A DNA stretch of 40,042 nt, taken from the IMG/VR virus record IMGVR_UViG_3300045988_091053, positions 1 to 40,042 of that record; one strand, written 5' to 3'. A program made the translations under genes and the position numbers. Of this stretch, positions 1 to 7,755 are shown piece by piece (position 1 is the first letter of the stretch; each line of letters opens with the position of its first letter). The notes under the pieces are model-generated. The model was not told where the DNA came from and made no database searches. It saw only the letters and a program-made list of their open reading frames with translations. The DNA is from a virus.

Positions 1-19
1 GTTTTTTTTGAAAAAAAGT

Positions 20-35
20 GTTGACAAAAAAGAAC
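20..35. promoter_or_regulatory. Operator O2: GTTGA-N6-AGAAC overlapping the PR -35 box
   Basis: Matches 9 of 10 half-site positions of O1 and has the same A-rich 6-nt spacer. Confidence 0.4.
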
Positions 36-49
36 GCTTGATTTATAAT
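21..49 (+). promoter_or_regulatory. Early lytic promoter (PR-like) for the cro operon
   Basis: TTGACA (21-26), 17-bp spacer, TATAAT (44-49). It lies about 50 nt upstream of the cro RBS AAAGGAGG. Confidence 0.7.
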
Positions 50-55
50 TAAATT

Positions 56-71
56 GTTCTCAAGAAAGAAC
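56..71. promoter_or_regulatory. Operator O1: perfect inverted repeat GTTCT-N6-AGAAC at the PR start site
   Basis: GTTCTcaagaaAGAAC read directly, immediately downstream of the -10 box. Confidence 0.5.
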
Positions 72-100
72 GGCAAAAAAACAGAAAGGAGGTCTATTAT

Positions 101-319
101 ATGACCGTGAATCATTTACGAATCAAAGCGGAACGAATCGCGAAAGGATTGACACAAGATGATATGGCAAAAGCCCTTGGCTGGTCTGATCGTGCTCGTT
201 ACGCGAAACGCGAAAACGGTCTGGTATCATTCGACGCTGACGAATTGATAAAGGTCGCGACAATCCTCGGATTCTCAAAAGACCAGATCGGAATTTTTTT
301 TACAGAAGGCGTTCACTAA
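101..319 (+). CDS. Cro-like XRE-family HTH regulator
   Basis: 72 aa. HTH_3-like segment AKGLTQDDMAKALGWSDRARYAKRENG. First gene after PR and divergent from the repressor. Confidence 0.8.
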   Translation: MTVNHLRIKAERIAKGLTQDDMAKALGWSDRARYAKRENGLVSFDADELIKVATILGFSKDQIGIFFTEGVH

Positions 320-404
320 AACGAACGAAAGACGTAAAAAAAGCACCCGAACGAGAACGTTCGAGCGCTTGAAAAAAATATCTACCTTAATTATATCAGA
401 AAGT

Positions 405-430
405 GCTTGCCCGCACAATTGGAGGAACGA
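405..430. repeat. Leader motif GCTTGCCCGCACAATTG (17 bp exact, about 26 bp near-exact), copy 1, abutting the RBS of the putative xis
   Basis: 405-421 is identical to 38509-38525. The similarity continues (GAGGAACGA vs AAAGAACGA). Confidence 0.85.
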
Positions 431-434
431 AGAA

Positions 435-716
435 ATGGAGGAGTTAAACTTGCCTCCCTTGATCTCGGACGAGATCGCGAAAGTCTATCTAAAACAGATG
501 ATCGAGATTATGAAAGAAGAGCTCAAGGAAGAAATAACATCGGAAAGATTACCACTAGATCAAAAAGCCCTAATGAAGAAATTCGGCTTCGATCATGGCT
601 ATATTAAGAAGCTAGAGCGTCGAGGGCTCGCGTTTCGAAAACAAGGAAAAAAGAAAATGTACGACGTCCGGGACGTTTACGAAATTTTAGAAAAAGAAAA
701 GGAGTATTTAAAATGA
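435..716 (+). CDS. Putative excisionase / HTH_17-like DNA-binding protein
   Basis: Start moved to ATG 435, preceded by GGAGGAACGAAGAA. C-terminal segment LDQKALMKKFGFDHGYIKKLERRGLAFRKQGKKKMYDVRDVYEIL resembles excisionase/MerR-type winged HTH. Early-operon position. Confidence 0.45.
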   Translation: MEELNLPPLISDEIAKVYLKQMIEIMKEELKEEITSERLPLDQKALMKKFGFDHGYIKKLERRGLAFRKQGKKKMYDVRDVYEILEKEKEYLK

Positions 717-976
717 ATCAAATTATTATTTCTGGGCAAGTTGCCGGAACCGTTGCTATCGGGGGCGTGTGCTTCATCGCTGGGCTTATCGTGTCATGGA
801 AGGACCACAAAAAAAGAATGAAGATCGCAAAAACTGAAACACTAAAAGCGATTGAAGAAGGACTTCCAGAACACAACGCGCAAGTCATTGAACAATACGA
901 AGACGAGCTCGCAAGCCGTAGAAAAGCAATGAAGCTCTATACAGAATCGCCGGAGGTGCCCTTCCATGTTTGGTAA
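713..976 (+). CDS. Small membrane protein, unknown function
   Basis: 87 aa. ATGA overlap with the upstream gene. One predicted TM helix (VAGTVAIGGVCFIAGLIVSW). Confidence 0.6.
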   Translation: MNQIIISGQVAGTVAIGGVCFIAGLIVSWKDHKKRMKIAKTETLKAIEEGLPEHNAQVIEQYEDELASRRKAMKLYTESPEVPFHVW

Positions 977-1139
977 AAAGGCCCGCAAAATTGAGCAACA
1001 ATCAAAAGCGCTCAATCGCTTGTGGTTTATCAATCTGCAACAGACCGAAATTTTGAAAACTACACTTGAGCGGGAAGAACGATTGCTTGACGAGCTCGCT
1101 CGTCTGAAAGGAGAGTTTAGAAATGGTAACAATCAATAA
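966..1139 (+). CDS. Small coiled-coil protein (57 aa, below the ORF-track cutoff)
   Basis: ATG 966 is preceded by GGAGGTG with 7-nt spacing. It fills the gap between flanking genes with short overlaps. Confidence 0.45.
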   Translation: MFGKKARKIEQQSKALNRLWFINLQQTEILKTTLEREERLLDELARLKGEFRNGNNQ

Positions 1140-2403
1140 GCTCGAGATCGAAAACGTAAAACGCGTTAAAGCGGTCAAAATCGAGCCGTCAGCGAAAGGG
1201 CTGACAATCGTCGGGGGAAACAATAACCAAGGAAAAACAAGCGTATTAGACGCGATAGCGTGGGCCTTGGGTGGAAATAAGTATAAACCTTCGCAACCAC
1301 AGCGCGAGGGGTCAACAATTCCCCCAAGTCTTAAAATCACGCTGTCAAATGGCCTTATCGTTGAACGCAAGGGCAAGAATAGCGATCTGAAAGTTATTGA
1401 TCCAAGTGGAAATAAGGCCGGCCAGAAATTGCTTGATAGCTTCGTCGAAGAGCTCGCTCTTGATCTTCCAAAATTTATGGAAATGACGAGCAAGGAGAAA
1501 GCAACGACGCTTCTACAAATTATCGGGGTGGGCGATCAACTCGTCAAGCTCGAAATGGAAGAGAAAACCAAGTACCAAGAGAGACACGCGATCGGCGTCA
1601 TTGCGGACCAGAAAGAAAAGTTTGCCAAAGAACAGCCGTATTATCCAGACGCGCCAAAAGAGCTTGTCTCTATTGCGGAATTGATCCAACGGCAACAAGA
1701 GATCCTTGGACGGAATGGCGAAAATGCTCGCAAACGTCAGAATCTCGCGAGAATTGAAAATGACTATCAAGGAGCGCTTGCAAACGTTCAACGTCTGGAA
1801 GAAATGCTCAAAGAAGCCCGAGAAAAAGAACAGGGACTCGCGCAAGACTTGGATATCGCTCGCAAAGACGCGCAAGACTTGATCGACGAATCGACGCAAG
1901 AGATCGAAGACAGTATCGCGAATATTGAGCAGATCAACCTCAAAGTCCGAGCGAATCTTGACAAAGACAAGGCCGAAGAGGACGCGAAAGTCTACCGCGA
2001 ACAATACCGTGAGTTAGATCTTGTTATCGAAGGTATTCGCAAGCAGAAAACGGACTTGCTCACAAATGCAGACTTACCGCTTCCGGGCTTATCCGTGGAC
2101 GATGGCGAACTCTTATACTTGGGTCAACGTTGGGATAATATGTCCGGGTCGCAACAATTACAAGTGGCAACGGCTATCGTTCGCAAGCTCAAGCCAGAGT
2201 GCGGCTTCGTCCTAATTGACAAGCTGGAACAAATGGACCAGATAACACTTGCGGAATTTGGTGCGTGGCTCGAACAAGAGGGCTTGCAAGCGATCGCGAC
2301 GCGTGTTTCAACTGGTGAAGAGTGTTCGGTCCTCATAGAAGACGGGTACAGTATCAAACCCGAAACAGTCGCACAGCCTCAAGGTTGGCAAGGCGGATTT
2401 TAA
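1123..2403 (+). CDS. SMC/Rad50/SbcC-like recombination ATPase
   Basis: N-terminal Walker A GGNNNQGKTS, long coiled-coil insert, ABC-signature-like MSGSQQ, Walker B/D-loop FVLIDKLEQMD. Confidence 0.7.
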   Translation: MVTINKLEIENVKRVKAVKIEPSAKGLTIVGGNNNQGKTSVLDAIAWALGGNKYKPSQPQREGSTIPPSLKITLSNGLIVERKGKNSDLKVIDPSGNKAGQKLLDSFVEELALDLPKFMEMTSKEKATTLLQIIGVGDQLVKLEMEEKTKYQERHAIGVIADQKEKFAKEQPYYPDAPKELVSIAELIQRQQEILGRNGENARKRQNLARIENDYQGALANVQRLEEMLKEAREKEQGLAQDLDIARKDAQDLIDESTQEIEDSIANIEQINLKVRANLDKDKAEEDAKVYREQYRELDLVIEGIRKQKTDLLTNADLPLPGLSVDDGELLYLGQRWDNMSGSQQLQVATAIVRKLKPECGFVLIDKLEQMDQITLAEFGAWLEQEGLQAIATRVSTGEECSVLIEDGYSIKPETVAQPQGWQGGF

Positions 2404-2425
2404 AAAATAGAAAGAAGAAAAGATC

Positions 2426-2794
2426 ATGAAAAAAACAGAAAAATTTATCGTTATTCGTAGCAAAGAAAATGGGTATTTCTTACAGGAGTATGAAAGCAAC
2501 AATCGAGCTTTGGCCTATAGTGCAAACTGGACCGACGACTTGCGAGACGCTGCAAACAATAGCGTAGAATCTATTGAAAAGCAGGGTGACCGTATGTATA
2601 AAGTCGCTGAAGCGTTCGAAGGTGAACTAATTGAAGTTACCGCGACGTATGAACTCAAAACCTTCGACGGTAAAGAGCCTGAAGATTTGACCGAAAAGAT
2701 TGGAAAAGCAAAACGCAAAGGCCTTGAAAATCTTCTTCGCGGGCTCTTAGAAAGCAATTTCGACGAGGATGACGACGAGGACGAGGAGGACTAA
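2426..2794 (+). CDS. Hypothetical protein with poly-acidic C-terminal tail
   Basis: 122 aa, RBS present, ends in NFDEDDDEDEED. Confidence 0.6.
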   Translation: MKKTEKFIVIRSKENGYFLQEYESNNRALAYSANWTDDLRDAANNSVESIEKQGDRMYKVAEAFEGELIEVTATYELKTFDGKEPEDLTEKIGKAKRKGLENLLRGLLESNFDEDDDEDEED

Positions 2795-2797
2795 ACA

Positions 2798-3904
2798 ATG
2801 CAAATTACAAGAGGAAGGAAGGCGCGAGCTCAAAAAGTCGTGATCTATGGCCCCGAAGGAATCGGGAAGTCTAGCTTTGCGAGTCAATTCCCGGATCCGG
2901 TATTCATCGATACGGAAGGGTCAACGGATAATATGGACGTGGCCCGTATGGACAAGCCTACAAGCTGGACGATGCTAAAGAATCAGATCGCGTTCATCAA
3001 GGCAAACCCAGACGCTTGCAAGACGCTCGTCATCGATACGATCGACTGGGCGGAACAGCTCGCGGTCGATTATGTTTGCGCACAACACCAGAAGAACGGA
3101 ATCGAAGATTTCGGATGGGGCAAGGGCTATACATACGTCCAAGAAGAGATCGGGCGCTTATTGAATAGCTTGAGTGAGCTAGTGGATAATGGGATCAACG
3201 TCGTTTTGACAGCTCACGCACAAATCAAGAAATTCGAGCAACCGGACGAGATGGGATCATACGACCGGTACGAATTAAAGCTCGGGCAAAAGTCAAGCTC
3301 AAAAACAGCGCCACTCGTTAAGGAGTGGGCCGATATGGTGCTCTTTGCAAATTATAAGACAATCGTCATGACAACGGACACAGGCAAGAAAAAGGCCCAA
3401 GGGGGCGAGCGTGTCATGTACACGAACCACCGCCCAGCATGGGACGCAAAAAATCGTCACGGCTTACCAGATCAGCTCCCGTTCACGTTTGAGAGCGTGG
3501 CTCATATCTTCAACGCACCGGCTCCCGTACCCGAGCAACCAGCTCCACAACCAGCTCCACAACCAGAGCCACAGCCACAACCGACACCAGAGCCACAAAA
3601 GCAAAACATTAACGAGCAATTGCAAGAGGTCGCTCAAGAGGTGGCTCAAGAGATGGGACGGGCTCCACAAGCGGGACTCTTACCACAAGCATTGGTCGAC
3701 TTAATGGCGCCTAACAACGTAACGGAAAACGAATTACAAGAGGTTGCTTATATCCGCGGACACTTCCCGATGGGGACGCCGATCGAAAACTTCCCGGCGA
3801 ATTACTGGGATATGATCGTCGCGAATTGGGACGCTACACTCGACGTCATTCAAAACCAAGTCCGGAAAGACCCGGAATTACCATTTAATACTAACAACTT
3901 ATAA
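2798..3904 (+). CDS. Sak4-like AAA_24 (RecA-fold) ATPase with PQ linker and extra C-terminal domain
   Basis: KVVIYGPEGIGKSS Walker A and LVIDTIDW Walker B. PAPQPAPQPEPQPQPTPEPQ linker followed by about 100 further residues. Confidence 0.7.
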   Translation: MQITRGRKARAQKVVIYGPEGIGKSSFASQFPDPVFIDTEGSTDNMDVARMDKPTSWTMLKNQIAFIKANPDACKTLVIDTIDWAEQLAVDYVCAQHQKNGIEDFGWGKGYTYVQEEIGRLLNSLSELVDNGINVVLTAHAQIKKFEQPDEMGSYDRYELKLGQKSSSKTAPLVKEWADMVLFANYKTIVMTTDTGKKKAQGGERVMYTNHRPAWDAKNRHGLPDQLPFTFESVAHIFNAPAPVPEQPAPQPAPQPEPQPQPTPEPQKQNINEQLQEVAQEVAQEMGRAPQAGLLPQALVDLMAPNNVTENELQEVAYIRGHFPMGTPIENFPANYWDMIVANWDATLDVIQNQVRKDPELPFNTNNL

Positions 3905-3922
3905 AAAAGGAGAAATTTCATC

Positions 3923-4480
3923 ATGACACAACAACAATATAACAACAACTTTGATCGCGAATTCGGTTGGGACGACACAATTCAAAAAGATTCTGAATTC
4001 GTCTTTTTGCCAGACGGCCTATACTGGTTCACGGTTAAGGAATACGAGCGCGGACGTCACACACCGAACCCGCAAAATCCCGGAAAGTTGCCAGCTTGTC
4101 CTAAAGCGACAGTACACCTTACTATCGTAGCGAATGAAGGCGAAACAGAACTCCGTCACAATCTCTTCTTACATAGTTCAACTGAGGGAATGTTATCAGC
4201 GTTCTTTGGAGCTATTGGGCAAAAACGTAAAGGCGAACCCCTTCGTATGGACTGGAACGCGATCATCGGAAAAGTCGGAGTTTGTAAAGTTGGATCTCGC
4301 GAGTACAACGGCAATAAATACAACGAAGTAAAAGGCATGATTTACGCCGAAGACGTGGACTATACGAAAGTATTGAACGCGCAACCGGGACAACAAGCCC
4401 CAGCGTACCAACAACCAGCGCCACAATACCAACAACCACAACAACCAGCACAGGGAGGCTTCACAGGAGGGCCGTTCTAA
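3923..4480 (+). CDS. DUF669-like phage protein (SSB-like accessory) with Q/P-rich tail
   Basis: Lies between the AAA_24 ATPase and the helicase, as is typical for DUF669. Ends in PAYQQPAPQYQQPQQPAQGGFTGGPF. Confidence 0.5.
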   Translation: MTQQQYNNNFDREFGWDDTIQKDSEFVFLPDGLYWFTVKEYERGRHTPNPQNPGKLPACPKATVHLTIVANEGETELRHNLFLHSSTEGMLSAFFGAIGQKRKGEPLRMDWNAIIGKVGVCKVGSREYNGNKYNEVKGMIYAEDVDYTKVLNAQPGQQAPAYQQPAPQYQQPQQPAQGGFTGGPF

Positions 4481-4498
4481 TATAGGAGGTTCTAAAGT

Positions 4499-6082
4499 AT
4501 GGAGTTAAGACCCTATCAACAAGAGGCGCGGGAAGCCGTTCAGAAGGAGTGGGCAGAAGGGCGAAAACGTACCCTTCTAGTCCTTCCGACTGGGACGGGA
4601 AAAACGGTCGTCTTTTCGAAAATTATTGAAGATCAAGTCCGAGAAGGGAAGCGCGTGTTAGTGCTCGCTCACAGATCCGAGTTATTAGATCAAGCAAGCG
4701 ACAAGCTAAAAACCGCGACGGGACTCGGTACAGCGCTAGAAAAAGCCGAAAGTACGTCAATAGGCTCTTGGTATCGGGTGGTCGTGGGATCTGTCCAAAC
4801 TATGCAACGTGAGAAACGCTTGAGTCAATTCCCGCCCAACTGGTTTGACGTGATCGTGGTCGATGAGGCACACCACGCTATATCTGACGGCTATCAAAAG
4901 GTATTGAATCACTTCCAAGATTCGCAAGTTTTGGGGGTAACAGCGACCCCAGACCGTGGAGATATGAAGAACCTCGGATCGTATTTTGACAGCTTGGCCT
5001 ATGAGTACTCACTTGTGCAAGCAATCAAAGAAGGCTACTTGTCCAAGATTAAGGCCTTAACGATTCCACTTGATCTCGACTTATCAAGCGTTTCAATGTC
5101 CGCGGGAGATTTTAAAGCGAGCGACGTCGGGACGGCACTTGATCCGTATCTCGTACAGATTGCGGACGAAATGGCCAAGTATTGCAAGGACAGAAAAACA
5201 GTCGTCTTTCTTCCGCTAGTAAAGACTAGCCAGAAATTCCGCGATATCTTAAACGAGCGAGGCTTTAAAGCAGCCGAAGTGAACGGCGAATCAAAAGATC
5301 GGGCCGAAGCGCTCGAAGACTTCGAAAAGGGCCGATATAATGTTCTATGCAATTCTATGTTACTCACGGAAGGGTGGGATTGCCCTTCGGTTGATTGTGT
5401 GGTCGTGTTACGTCCGACAAAAGTCCGGGCGCTCTATTCTCAAATGGTCGGGCGTGGGACGCGTCTCTTCCCCGGGAAAGAAGAGCTTCTTCTTCTCGAT
5501 TTTCTATGGCACACGGAACGGCACGAGCTTTGCCGGCCGGCTCACTTAATTTGTGAGAGTCCGGAAGTTGCAAAGAAAATGGTCGAAAACATGGAAGAAG
5601 AAACAGGCGTCGTGCTCGATCTCGAGGCTATGGAAGCCAAAAGCGCGGAAGATGTCGTCGCAGAACGTGAAGAAGCTCTTGCGAAACAACTTGCGGAAAT
5701 GAGAAAACGCAAGCGGAAACTCGTCGATCCGCTTCAATTTGAAATGTCTATCCATGCTGAAGATCTTTCAAACTATGTACCTAACTTCGGCTGGGAGATG
5801 GCTCCGCCTTCTGAAAACCAACTCAAGGCCCTCGAAAAGTACGGTATTTTCACCGACGAAGTGGGCAACGCCGGAAAAGCAAATCTATTGCTTGACCGTT
5901 TGAACAAGCGCAGAAACGAAGGACTTTCGACACCGAAGCAAATCCGCTTCCTCGAAAGTCGAGGCTTCCGCAACGTCGGAATGTGGAACTTTGAAAGCGC
6001 AAGAAATATGATCGATCGTATCGCTGCTAACGGGTGGAGAATACCGCACGGAATCAGAGCGAGCGAATATGTACCAGATTAA
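4499..6082 (+). CDS. SF2 DEAD/DEAH-box helicase
   Basis: Motifs LPTGTGKT (I), VVDEAHH (II), VTATPDR (III), QMVGRGTR (VI). Confidence 0.85.
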   Translation: MELRPYQQEAREAVQKEWAEGRKRTLLVLPTGTGKTVVFSKIIEDQVREGKRVLVLAHRSELLDQASDKLKTATGLGTALEKAESTSIGSWYRVVVGSVQTMQREKRLSQFPPNWFDVIVVDEAHHAISDGYQKVLNHFQDSQVLGVTATPDRGDMKNLGSYFDSLAYEYSLVQAIKEGYLSKIKALTIPLDLDLSSVSMSAGDFKASDVGTALDPYLVQIADEMAKYCKDRKTVVFLPLVKTSQKFRDILNERGFKAAEVNGESKDRAEALEDFEKGRYNVLCNSMLLTEGWDCPSVDCVVVLRPTKVRALYSQMVGRGTRLFPGKEELLLLDFLWHTERHELCRPAHLICESPEVAKKMVENMEEETGVVLDLEAMEAKSAEDVVAEREEALAKQLAEMRKRKRKLVDPLQFEMSIHAEDLSNYVPNFGWEMAPPSENQLKALEKYGIFTDEVGNAGKANLLLDRLNKRRNEGLSTPKQIRFLESRGFRNVGMWNFESARNMIDRIAANGWRIPHGIRASEYVPD

Positions 6083-6101
6083 AAAAATGAGGAGAAACAC
6101 A

Positions 6102-7736
6102 ATGAAAACTAACAAATTAACACTTTTGACAGTTGCAACAATTGCGACAGCGACACTTGGAATTAAGGGAGTAAATGCCGATGAGTCTGATCGAGGAATC
6201 ACGCCAGAGACAACAACAATTGCAACAAACCAAAGCGGAGAAGCAAGCGGAACTGAATCAGCTATTCCAACAACGAAAGCAGATCAACCGTCAAATTCTG
6301 GAAATGCAACGGGAACAGGAAGCGCTGAAGCTAAGAATAACGAACGAGAAGGACTTCCAACAAGTTTTGAAAAGAGCGGGAATGTGATTGAAGTCAAGAA
6401 TCCGGAAGTCGTTGTCGATCAGTCAAACGGCACAGGAAAGTATCAACCTTTTAGCGTGGAATATAAGAACGTACACTTCCCGGACGATCTCACGATCAAC
6501 GAAGGGGACAAAGTGACGTTTACCCTTCCAAAAGAAGTCGCTTTTCAAACGAGCTTCACGTTTGATGTACACAATCCAGAAAACGCCGTTGTCGGTCAAG
6601 CTACCGCAGACAGCACAGCCGGCACAGTTACGACCGTATTCAACGACTATTTCAAAAACCACCCACTAAACAAGCAAATGAGCCTTAAGCTCGACGCAAA
6701 ATGGACCGATAAAGTCGAGAGTGGCAAACCAGTAACCGCGAATTTTAACGGCACAGTCGTAACGGCTCAAATCGGCAAAGAGCAAGTGATTGGAAAAGAT
6801 GAACTCCTTTCCAAGTGGGGGAGCCAAGATGAAAATGACCCGACAGTCATCAACTGGACTGTACGCGTCAATTATGCGCGAAAAGTCTTGAATTACGTTA
6901 AATTGATCGACACAATGAGCGAAAATCAAAAGTTAGTTGATAACTACTTTGAAATCAAGAATATTGAAAGCGTTGATCCTTGGATTGACAAAGGATCTGC
7001 AATGGATCTTGTTAAATCAATCAGTAAGAGCGATCACGGCTTCGAGATCACTATGGACCGCTTGGATCATATGATCTATCTTTATTACAAGACCAAACTA
7101 ACAAACGCGGTCAAAGACAGCACGAATCCAACAAATAAGGTCGAACTCAAGGCTGAAACTGACGGAGCTATTTCATATAGTTACGTTCAACTTGTCGGAG
7201 GGCGTGGAGACGCTTCGGGCGAAAATAAACCCGCTCCAGTCTTTGAAATTCCGAATGACGCTCCTAAATACGAAAAACCGTCAATCAACATCGAAGATAT
7301 TCCGCTTATGCCTCCGGCTCCAATCCTTGATAAACCAGAATGGAAGGGCGGTACAGTACCGTTTGACGCTCCGCAACTTGACAAGCCAGAATGGCAAGGT
7401 GGGGTAACACCTCCGGACGCGCCAATATTGGACAAACCGGAACTAGTGATCGATATTCCAGAGCCTAAACAAGATAAACCAAACACACCAAACGAAACAA
7501 CTGACAAGCCAAACACGCCAGCGCCAAAAGAAGCGCCAAAAGTCGAAGAAGTGAAAATCACTAATCGTGTGGAAAATCACGCGAAAATCACGCGAAACGA
7601 ATCCGAAGAAACAGTCGAAGCGTACAGCGCACCGGCTACACTTCCTAATACGGGATCAGGATTCGGAATCGCGATCAGCCTCCTCGGACTATTGGGATTG
7701 AGCCTTGGAATTGCAGCAACGAAGAAAGAAAACTAA
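6102..7736 (+). CDS. LPXTG cell-wall-anchored Cna/MSCRAMM-like surface adhesin
   Basis: Start set at ATG 6102 after GAGGAG. Signal peptide MKTNKLTLLTVATIATATLGIKGVNA. Collagen-binding-type motifs (VTFTLPKEV, INWTVRVN). Pro-rich DAPxLDKPEW repeats. LPNTG (7641-7655) followed by a hydrophobic helix and KKEN. Confidence 0.8.
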   Translation: MKTNKLTLLTVATIATATLGIKGVNADESDRGITPETTTIATNQSGEASGTESAIPTTKADQPSNSGNATGTGSAEAKNNEREGLPTSFEKSGNVIEVKNPEVVVDQSNGTGKYQPFSVEYKNVHFPDDLTINEGDKVTFTLPKEVAFQTSFTFDVHNPENAVVGQATADSTAGTVTTVFNDYFKNHPLNKQMSLKLDAKWTDKVESGKPVTANFNGTVVTAQIGKEQVIGKDELLSKWGSQDENDPTVINWTVRVNYARKVLNYVKLIDTMSENQKLVDNYFEIKNIESVDPWIDKGSAMDLVKSISKSDHGFEITMDRLDHMIYLYYKTKLTNAVKDSTNPTNKVELKAETDGAISYSYVQLVGGRGDASGENKPAPVFEIPNDAPKYEKPSINIEDIPLMPPAPILDKPEWKGGTVPFDAPQLDKPEWQGGVTPPDAPILDKPELVIDIPEPKQDKPNTPNETTDKPNTPAPKEAPKVEEVKITNRVENHAKITRNESEETVEAYSAPATLPNTGSGFGIAISLLGLLGLSLGIAATKKEN

Positions 7737-7755
7737 AAAGGAATAGAGGGGACTA

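Larger units (their letters stand above)
1..99. repeat. 99-bp terminal direct repeat (copy 1), most likely a circular-assembly overlap
   Basis: Base-for-base identity with 39944-40042, read directly from the sequence. Confidence 0.95.

Noticed and set aside
369-434. TTG start at 369 for the putative excisionase (115-aa version)
   Set aside because: There is no RBS before 369. ATG 435 has a GGAGGA RBS, and the upstream segment contains the shared leader motif and a possible promoter (TTGAAA-17-TATATC).
407-607. ORFs 407-607 and 38511-38723 both begin with MPAQL and look like paralogues
   Set aside because: The shared start is simply the 17-bp leader repeat translated out of frame. Both ORFs overlap better-supported genes or leaders and lack RBSs.
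3526-3600. Tandem CAACCAGCTCCA-type DNA repeat
   Set aside because: It encodes the PQ-rich interdomain linker of the Sak4-like protein. It is low-complexity coding sequence, not a separate repeat element.
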